From the NCBI RefSeq assembly GCF_900232105.1, contig NZ_LT934425.1, positions 1,350,001-1,382,000 of the forward strand: DNA of 32,000 nt. Direction: 5' to 3'. Below are positions 25,742 through 32,000 of this stretch, piece by piece (positions within the stretch are counted from its first letter, which is position 1; every line of letters begins with the position of its first letter). The position numbers and the translations under genes are program-made. Source of the DNA: Candidatus Kuenenia stuttgartensis (GTDB taxonomy: Bacteria > Planctomycetota > Brocadiia > Brocadiales > Brocadiaceae). The notes beneath the pieces were generated by a model. The model ran no database searches. It was not told the origin of the DNA and saw nothing but the letters and a program-made list of their open reading frames with translations.

Positions 25742-25836
25742 TTCGTTAATTCGTTGATTGGTCAAACAGTTAAATCGTTTTAACTACCTAACGACTTAAC
25801 GACTTAACCACTTAACCATTTTGTCAATTTAACCAT
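25741..25836. repeat. Degenerate octamer tandem array (about 12 units) beginning in the fba stop codon
   Basis: In 8-nt register: attcgtta attcgttg attggtca aacagtta aatcgttt taactacc taacgact taacgact taaccact taaccatt ttgtcaat ttaaccat. Confidence 0.65.
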
Positions 25837-25917
25837 ATTTGAAAATTCAGTTGACTTTCATAATTTCTCATTTATTATTCATTATACAATAATGCTGCCG
25901 ACGGAAATGATAGTATA

Positions 25918-25946
25918 TTGACAATTCCTTCCGGATTCTCAATTTA
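25918..25946 (+). promoter_or_regulatory. Weak candidate promoter for the Rieske/cyt b operon (TTGACA-17 nt-AATTTA)
   Basis: TTGACA at 25918-25923. The -10 match is poor (aatttaat). Confidence 0.25.
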
Positions 25947-26017
25947 ATCTTCCAGGAATTTTCAATCTTTTAAATAAACACTACATTAAGTGTATTTTAA
26001 AATAATTCCGGTGAAAT

Positions 26018-26524
26018 ATGTTGGAAGCAGTTAAAAATTCTGAAATTCCTGTAAATCGTAGAAAATTGCTCTACTTTACCGGCTGGGGTTTTATAGGTAT
26101 ATTTGCTGCCACAATCACCGGCTCAATTATCAGATTTTTTTTCCCCAGAACTATCTTCGAACCCCCCACGCGTTATTCAATCGGTTTCCCCTCCCAATAT
26201 GCTTCAGGCGTAAGCGAAAAATTTAAAAAACAATTCAGGATTTGGATAGTCAAGGAAGATGATACATTGTATGTCATTGAGGCAAAGTGTACTCACCTGG
26301 GCTGTACCCCGAACTGGTTGGCCTCCGAGGGGAAATTCAAATGTCCATGTCATGGCAGCGGTTTTACCCCTGATGGAATTAACATTGAAGGCCCTGCGCC
26401 GAGGCCCCTGGAGCGATTTAAAGTGGCATTGGGCGATGACGGGCAGATCATTGTCGATGAAAGCACCCGATACAGGGGTGAACGGGGTGAATGGGACAAA
26501 CCCGGGGCATTTTTAAAGGTATAA
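26018..26524 (+). CDS. Rieske [2Fe-2S] subunit of a cytochrome bc/b6f-type complex
   Basis: N-terminal TM/TAT-like anchor. Cluster-binding boxes CTHLGC and CPCHGS are separated by the usual ~15 residues. Confidence 0.9.
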   Translation: MLEAVKNSEIPVNRRKLLYFTGWGFIGIFAATITGSIIRFFFPRTIFEPPTRYSIGFPSQYASGVSEKFKKQFRIWIVKEDDTLYVIEAKCTHLGCTPNWLASEGKFKCPCHGSGFTPDGINIEGPAPRPLERFKVALGDDGQIIVDESTRYRGERGEWDKPGAFLKV

Positions 26525-26527
26525 TCC

Positions 26528-27355
26528 ATGGAAAATCCGCAGAAAGATACATTTTTCAGAAAATACAAAAGGCTTTTAAAAGAAGAAGGATTCTTTAGTG
26601 CAGTCCGCAACAGCGTCTTTCGGTCAAAAGTATGGGAGTCTGTTTTCCGGCATGGTTTTTCAGACACGCCTAAAAACAGGATGTTAAAGGTCATTTCCAA
26701 TGTTTTCCTCCATTTGCATCCCGCAAAGGTAAAACGACACGCACCGCAATTTAAGTTTACATGGTGTATGGGGGGCATTAGCTTCTTCCTGTTTTTAACG
26801 CTTACAGTTACCGGCGTACTATTGATGTTTTATTACCGGCCTACGGTACATGATGCGTATTGGGATATAAAAGATCTTGAATATCAGGTGCCGTTTGGGG
26901 CATTACTGAGGAATCTGCATCGATGGGCAGCGCATTTAATGGTAATTACGGTGTGGCTGCATATGTTTCGCGTTTTTGCAACGGGTTCGTATAAACCGCC
27001 AAGAGAATTTAATTGGTGTGTCGGCGTTGTTCTGCTGGTGGTTACCCTTCTCCTGAGCTTTACCGGTTATTTGCTTACATGGGATCAATTGGGTTTCTGG
27101 GCTGTTACGGTCGGAACAAACATGGCGCGTTCCACTCCATTGCTTGGCCATGAAGGACCTTTCGGGGAACAATTGGGTATGACCGCCCACAATGATATAC
27201 GTTTTGCCCTTCTGGGCGGTTCGCTGGTTGGAAGTAATGCGTTATTAAGGGCGTATGTATGGCATTGCATAGGACTTCCATTAATTATCAGCATATTTAT
27301 GATGGTGCATTTCTGGCGAATTCGCAAAGACGGAGGCATATCAGGGCCGCTTTGA
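26528..27355 (+). CDS. Cytochrome b, N-terminal (b6-like) subunit
   Basis: It starts 3 nt after the Rieske stop. Four TM helices, with His pairs in helices B and D ([13 protein letters not shown]..., ...[19 protein letters not shown]). It has a ~60-aa N-terminal extension. Confidence 0.88.
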   Translation: MENPQKDTFFRKYKRLLKEEGFFSAVRNSVFRSKVWESVFRHGFSDTPKNRMLKVISNVFLHLHPAKVKRHAPQFKFTWCMGGISFFLFLTLTVTGVLLMFYYRPTVHDAYWDIKDLEYQVPFGALLRNLHRWAAHLMVITVWLHMFRVFATGSYKPPREFNWCVGVVLLVVTLLLSFTGYLLTWDQLGFWAVTVGTNMARSTPLLGHEGPFGEQLGMTAHNDIRFALLGGSLVGSNALLRAYVWHCIGLPLIISIFMMVHFWRIRKDGGISGPL

Positions 27356-27380
27356 TAGTGTTATTTATCGATTTCAAATT

Positions 27381-27536
27381 ATGGAAAATATATGGGCTAT
27401 TATAACTAAACCGGATAACATCCCCATTGTGGCATTGATCTTTTTGCTGTGTATCTTCTCCTTTATTACCTTTCAGCAGGCATTCAGAAACGATCGAAGG
27501 CTGAAACAAGAGGAACGCCGGAAAGGAGAACAGTGA
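27381..27536 (+). CDS. Unlisted 51-aa single-TM protein inside the Rieske/cyt b operon
   Basis: ATG 27381 to TGA 27534-27536 gives MENIWAIITKPDNIPIVALIFLLCIFSFITFQQAFRNDRRLKQEERRKGEQ, a hydrophobic helix with a basic tail. It fills the only gap in the operon, and its 3' end carries the AAGGAG for the next gene. No strong SD of its own. Confidence 0.5.
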   Translation: MENIWAIITKPDNIPIVALIFLLCIFSFITFQQAFRNDRRLKQEERRKGEQ

Positions 27537-27539
27537 TCT

Positions 27540-29240
27540 ATGGAATACACGCTTATCAAGACAGATGATCATTGGTTTCGGCAAAATATCAATTGCCAGT
27601 ACGCATGTCCCGTCAACACTCCCGCAATGAATTATATAGAACTTATTGCCGAGGAGAATTTCGATGCATCATTAAACCTTAATTTTATGGCAAATCTCTT
27701 TCCCCCTATTCTCGGAAGGGTTTGCACCCATCCTTGCGAAACCGCGTGCAGGAGAGGAGCAATTGACAGCCCCATTGCCATATGCACTCTGAAAAGAAGT
27801 GCCGCTGATTTTGCCCTTCATCCATTTCCCCAAAAAAAAGTTGCCGTTAAAAAAACCGGCAAACGCATCGCAATTATTGGTTCAGGCCCATGCGGCCTTG
27901 CGGCAGCCCATGATTTAGCGGTAAAGGGGCACGATGTTATTATATATGAAGCGCTGCCGGTTGCAGGGGGCATGCTCAGTGTGGGAATCCCCCCCTATCG
28001 TCTGCCGCGCAGCATAATAGAGAATACGCTACAATGGATAAAGGGGTTTGGCGTTGAAATCCTTATAAACACACCGGTAAACACGCCGGAAAAGTTTGAG
28101 GAACTCTTACAGACATTTGACGCCGTGTACATTGCCGCCGGCGCACATAAATCATCCCGCATGGATATTCCCGGCGAAGACCTGGAAGGGGTAATACATG
28201 GCGTTTCCTTTATGAAAGAAACCAACCTTGGCACAATAAAAAACGTTCCGAAAAGCGTGGTGGTGATCGGGGGCGGCTTCACAGCTATCGATTGCGCACG
28301 TACATCTCTAAGGCTGGATGCCGGAAAGGCATCGATTGTGTATCGGAGAACCAGGGAAGAAATGCCGGCGGGCGAGATGGAGGTTCAAATGGCGGAAGAA
28401 GAGGGCATTGAAATGCTTTGCCTGACTTCTCCTGTCAGGCTGATTGGAAAAGACGGAAAAGTTACGCATATAGAATGTGTAAGGAATGAACCTGGCAAAC
28501 CCGATGAATCCGGACGCCGCAGACCGGAGGTTATTGAAGGGAGCAATTTTACCATACCTGTAGATTTGGTTATCCCCGCCATCGGGCAGGCGCCGGATAT
28601 TGTATTCCTTTCAGAACGACTGGGCGTAAAGGTCAACAAATGGGGGATGCCTTTAATTGATGAAACAGGCATGACGTCACGGAAAGGGGTATTTGCAGGC
28701 GGAGACTGCGTGACGGGACCCCGCAATGTAATTGAGGTGATTGCTGACGGAAGAAAGGCGGCAGGTTCGATACATACTTTTTTGACCGGACAGGAAAAGG
28801 GAGATTATCAATTTTATTATAAACACCAAAGCCCTTCAAAAAGAGTCTCCGATTATGAAGTAGCTCCCAGACAAAAGCAGGAATCGCTTCCCCTGGACAA
28901 AAGAGGCTGCTTAGACGCCGAATCAGAACTGGGATTTTCCATGGAGAATACCCTGAAAGAGGCAAATCGCTGCCTGCTTTGTCATTACAATATATTTATC
29001 GATGAGAAGTGCATATTATGCGGCGGTTGCATCGATGTTTGCCCTTACAATTGCATATCGATGGTTTCGCGTGAAAATATTTCGTTGCCAGATTCCTTAC
29101 GCAATGAAGAAAACATCCCCGAAGAATGGGATGCCGCAATGATAATAGATGAAGAAAAGTGTATCCGGTGCGGATTGTGCGTTAAACGTTGCCCCACAAG
29201 GGCAATTACCATGAAACGCTTCGCCTATTCAGAGGGGTAA
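27540..29240 (+). CDS. GltD-like FAD/NAD(P)H oxidoreductase with N-terminal Fe-S region and C-terminal 2x[4Fe-4S] ferredoxin domain
   Basis: CQYACPV...CTHPCETAC in the N-terminus. Dinucleotide folds IAIIGSGPCGLAAAHDL and VVVIGGGFTAIDCART, plus GVFAGGDC. C-terminal CILCGGCIDVCP and CIRCGLCVKRCP. Confidence 0.9.
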   Translation: MEYTLIKTDDHWFRQNINCQYACPVNTPAMNYIELIAEENFDASLNLNFMANLFPPILGRVCTHPCETACRRGAIDSPIAICTLKRSAADFALHPFPQKKVAVKKTGKRIAIIGSGPCGLAAAHDLAVKGHDVIIYEALPVAGGMLSVGIPPYRLPRSIIENTLQWIKGFGVEILINTPVNTPEKFEELLQTFDAVYIAAGAHKSSRMDIPGEDLEGVIHGVSFMKETNLGTIKNVPKSVVVIGGGFTAIDCARTSLRLDAGKASIVYRRTREEMPAGEMEVQMAEEEGIEMLCLTSPVRLIGKDGKVTHIECVRNEPGKPDESGRRRPEVIEGSNFTIPVDLVIPAIGQAPDIVFLSERLGVKVNKWGMPLIDETGMTSRKGVFAGGDCVTGPRNVIEVIADGRKAAGSIHTFLTGQEKGDYQFYYKHQSPSKRVSDYEVAPRQKQESLPLDKRGCLDAESELGFSMENTLKEANRCLLCHYNIFIDEKCILCGGCIDVCPYNCISMVSRENISLPDSLRNEENIPEEWDAAMIIDEEKCIRCGLCVKRCPTRAITMKRFAYSEG

Positions 29241-29282
29241 TATTTCTATAAAAATACGTTGGCTGATCACTGCAAAAAAAAG

Positions 29283-29409
29283 CAGGGGCGAAGCATTTGC
29301 CGTAAATTGTCATAAATACATTCATACCCAAACGGGCAAATGCTTCGCCCCTACCCTATGCGACAAACATCGCTATTATTGGAATTTTTCAAAAAACTAA
29401 AGTGTTGCA
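29283..29409 (+). repeat. GTAG-headed long-hairpin element, copy C, located between two genes of the Rieske/cyt b operon
   Basis: Arms caggggcgaagcatttgc (29283-29300; head is GCAG here) and gcaaatgcttcgcccctac (29336-29354). The tail cctatgcg...attattggaatttttcaaaaaactaaagtgttgca is the reverse complement of 8851-8913. Confidence 0.85.
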
Positions 29410-29460
29410 AAAAATGTAACAGCGGCAAAAACAGATTGAAGACCTTTTTACGAAACAGAT

Positions 29461-30294
29461 ATGAGTAATAGCGAGGAAAATAAAGAAAAGAAAGACCGGC
29501 ATCGCGCCCTTGCCTTTATAAAAGGCAAGACGTTTGCCAGGGAAAAAGATATTGATATATCGGAAGATGAAATAGCCACATGGCCATTCTTGATAAGAAA
29601 AGAGTTCCTGGCGGCTATTATTTGCACAATCATACTCATCGTCTGGTCTGTCCTGTTTGACGCTCCCCTTGAAGAAATTTCAGACCCTACCATGACTCCA
29701 AATCCTGCAAAGGCACCCTGGTATTTTCTGGGATTGCAGGAAATGCTTGTTTATTTTGACCCATGGATTGCCGGCGTTATTTTCCCGATGCTGATAATTG
29801 CCGGGTTAATGGTCATTCCCTATGTGGATAGTAATCCAAAGGGGAATGGTTATTATACCTTTAAAGAAAGAAAATTTGCGATGCTGACCTTTTGCTTTGG
29901 GTTTCACGTCTTATGGATATTGCTGATCATCGTCGGGGTGTTTATGCGTGGACCAGGCTGGTTGTGGTTTTGGCCATGGCATGAGTGGGACCCACATCGG
30001 GTTGTTGCGGAAACAAATTATGATCTGACCAGCCTTATAGGGATCAGGTCGAATTCTTTGCCGGGCTTTATGCTTGGCGGGTTAGTGTTGTTTGGTTATT
30101 TTTATTTGGGGATATCCTTCCCCTACCGGTTTTTAAAACGCAGAAAAAGTTTGGCTATAGAGAAGCTCGGGTTCATTAGATATACAATCGTTGCCTTCCT
30201 CTTTCTCTGCATGATGGCGCTTCCGATAAAAGTATGCCTGCGATTGGTGTTTCACATAAAATATATCTGGGTGACCCCCTGGTTTAACATATAA
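29461..30294 (+). CDS. Cytochrome b, C-terminal (subunit IV/PetD-like) subunit, extended
   Basis: PNPAKAPWYFLGLQEML corresponds to the PEWY-loop region of cytochrome b / subunit IV. It has multiple TM helices and extra C-terminal helices. Confidence 0.85.
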   Translation: MSNSEENKEKKDRHRALAFIKGKTFAREKDIDISEDEIATWPFLIRKEFLAAIICTIILIVWSVLFDAPLEEISDPTMTPNPAKAPWYFLGLQEMLVYFDPWIAGVIFPMLIIAGLMVIPYVDSNPKGNGYYTFKERKFAMLTFCFGFHVLWILLIIVGVFMRGPGWLWFWPWHEWDPHRVVAETNYDLTSLIGIRSNSLPGFMLGGLVLFGYFYLGISFPYRFLKRRKSLAIEKLGFIRYTIVAFLFLCMMALPIKVCLRLVFHIKYIWVTPWFNI

Positions 30295-30317
30295 TTTTCT
30301 ATTATTTACGTGTGATT

Positions 30318-32000
30318 ATGGAAACCGGAAAAGTACGAAAAAAAGAAAAGAGAGAAGAGGAAAAGTCCTATTCGGCGGCGTTTGCGGTTGTAAGCTTTAT
30401 CCTTGCTGCAGTTGCCTTGTGGGCAGTAGTGAATGAAGTAGTTGACAGACGGCCATGGAAAAAATATCAAAAGAAATTTTATCAGTTGGAATATGAAAAA
30501 GCAGGGGAAGAATACACAAAGTCAGTCGCCATTTTCGAGAGTCCCGAAGTACAAAAAAAATATACGGAGGCAAAAGAAAACCTGAAACATGCACAGGATG
30601 CCTTCATTGCTCCAGCAGTACAGAAGGAGTATCAAAACCTGTTAACCGAAGAAAAGCGCGCCGGACAGGAAGTCGAGTCATTGAAATTTCTGTCCGTGGT
30701 GGCACGAAATAAAATCTCTGAGAAAGAATACCTTTATGGGAAAACGCAGAATGAACAATTGAAAGAAGAAATAGCTGCGCTGGAAAAAGAAAATGAAGAA
30801 CGTGCCATGAAACGGAAGGTGGCTGAAAACCGGCTTGCATTAATCAGGACAAGGCAGGGAGAATTGAAAAAAGATGTTATAACTTATACAAATGAATTAG
30901 ATTCATACACTTCGGGAGTAGCGTATAGCAAAAACAAATTAAATAAATTCAAAACAGCACGTACAGGTCTCCAGGTATACCAAACCTATCTGGAAGATAT
31001 AAATATAGTTGATCGATGCATGTCCTGCCACCCCGGCATAGATAAACCTGAAAGTGTTTCAGAAGAACAGCCATATGCAAGCCATCCCGACAGACAATTA
31101 TATCTGGGAAATCACCCGCCTGAAAAATTTGGCTGCGTTTTATGCCACGAAGGACAATCAAGCGCAACATCAGGGGTGAAAAAAGCGCACGGAGAGGTTG
31201 AATACTGGCTTACTCCAATATACCGCGGTGTCGTTGCGCAGGCCTCATGCATCAGATGCCATAATGGTGTAAGGGAAGTAAAGGGGGCAGAGGTACTTTG
31301 GGAAGGGAAAAAGTTATTCGGGGAACTTGGTTGTTATGGTTGCCATGATACAGAAGGTTTTGGAGAGTATAAGGACAGAATTATAGGTCCCGGTTTGCGT
31401 AATATTAAAAACAAGGTAAAACCCGGATGGTTAACTGACTGGATAAGAGATCCAAAGGCTTTCAGGCCAACCACCCGAATGCCGGACTTTAAATTGTCCG
31501 AAGAAGAATCCCGTGCAATAGCAGCATATCTATGGCAACACGCTGACAATGCGGAAGACGATAATGACGAAATAATCCGGCTTACCGGGGAAGAGTACGA
31601 ACGTGGCGATTTCCTTTTTGAACAAACAGGCTGTTTGGCATGCCATAGTTATGAAGAAGGGGCGGAAAGAACGTTTGCCCCCAATCTGGCAAAGACTGGC
31701 GCAAAGATGCGCGATATGTATCTGGTTGAATGGATACTCAATCCAAAAAGTAAAGAACCACTTACAAGGATGCCAAATTTCAGGATAGACGACGTAAATG
31801 CCCGCCTCATCGCCGGATATTTAATAGGCAAAACAAAACAACCTTCTGACGATGATGAAACTAAGAATATTGAATGGTTAACAGACAAAAACAAGGCGCG
31901 CACGGGCGAGGCTTTAATCAAAAGATATGGCTGTTTTGGATGCCATGAAATTAAGGGCATGGAAGGACTTGGCAAAATTGGCGCAGAATTGTCCGATATC
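30318..32000 (+). CDS. Membrane-anchored multihaem cytochrome c (at least 6 CxxCH); 3' partial, runs off the window
   Basis: The frame is open from ATG 30318 to base 32000 (561 codons). It is absent from the ORF track because it has no stop in the window. TM anchor AAFAVVSFILAAVALWAVV, then a ~200-aa coiled-coil, then CMSCH, CVLCH, CIRCH, CYGCH, CLACH and CFGCH. The last three sit in repeated class-I-like units (GC..CH ... RMP(D/N)F...). Confidence 0.85.
   Translation, partial: METGKVRKKEKREEEKSYSAAFAVVSFILAAVALWAVVNEVVDRRPWKKYQKKFYQLEYEKAGEEYTKSVAIFESPEVQKKYTEAKENLKHAQDAFIAPAVQKEYQNLLTEEKRAGQEVESLKFLSVVARNKISEKEYLYGKTQNEQLKEEIAALEKENEERAMKRKVAENRLALIRTRQGELKKDVITYTNELDSYTSGVAYSKNKLNKFKTARTGLQVYQTYLEDINIVDRCMSCHPGIDKPESVSEEQPYASHPDRQLYLGNHPPEKFGCVLCHEGQSSATSGVKKAHGEVEYWLTPIYRGVVAQASCIRCHNGVREVKGAEVLWEGKKLFGELGCYGCHDTEGFGEYKDRIIGPGLRNIKNKVKPGWLTDWIRDPKAFRPTTRMPDFKLSEEESRAIAAYLWQHADNAEDDNDEIIRLTGEEYERGDFLFEQTGCLACHSYEEGAERTFAPNLAKTGAKMRDMYLVEWILNPKSKEPLTRMPNFRIDDVNARLIAGYLIGKTKQPSDDDETKNIEWLTDKNKARTGEALIKRYGCFGCHEIKGMEGLGKIGAELSDI

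Overview
AT-rich bacterial chromosomal window, mostly + strand genes. The operon at 26018-32000 has the gene set reported for the elaborate Rieske/cytochrome b complexes of anammox Planctomycetes: Rieske protein, split cytochrome b, GltD-like FAD/NAD(P)H iron-sulfur flavoprotein and a membrane-anchored multihaem cytochrome c. A long-form GreA fits a PVC-type organism, but taxonomy is inference only. Other content, left to right: a 5'-truncated HExxH/TPR peptidase; a lipoprotein-like Cache sensor fused to a CheD-like fold; a 1413-aa secreted protein made of three exact 1344-nt modules (Fn3-like domain plus 7 RCC1 blades each) whose 3' end is frameshifted and cut off by a repeat; an RRM/RGG RNA-binding protein; glycerate 2-kinase; a GAF-PAS histidine kinase with a receiver; an FHA-TM-trypsin-like protease coupled to two secreted proteins; two decayed envelope genes; and an fbp-fba pair. 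Three non-genic repeat systems stand out. (1) A hairpin-bearing MITE-like element is present as three partial copies. Two form about 207-bp inverted repeats around a 6.2-kb gene block, and two bracket an orphan P-II 3' fragment. (2) A GTAG-headed long-hairpin element occurs in three copies plus a half copy, one inside the respiratory operon. (3) Degenerate 7-nt and 8-nt periodic arrays start at or shortly (within about 135 nt) after stop codons. The ORF track misses the FHA domain (no canonical start), a 51-aa membrane ORF, the open-ended cytochrome c gene and the P-II fragment. All family calls rest on motifs read by eye, since no searches could be run.
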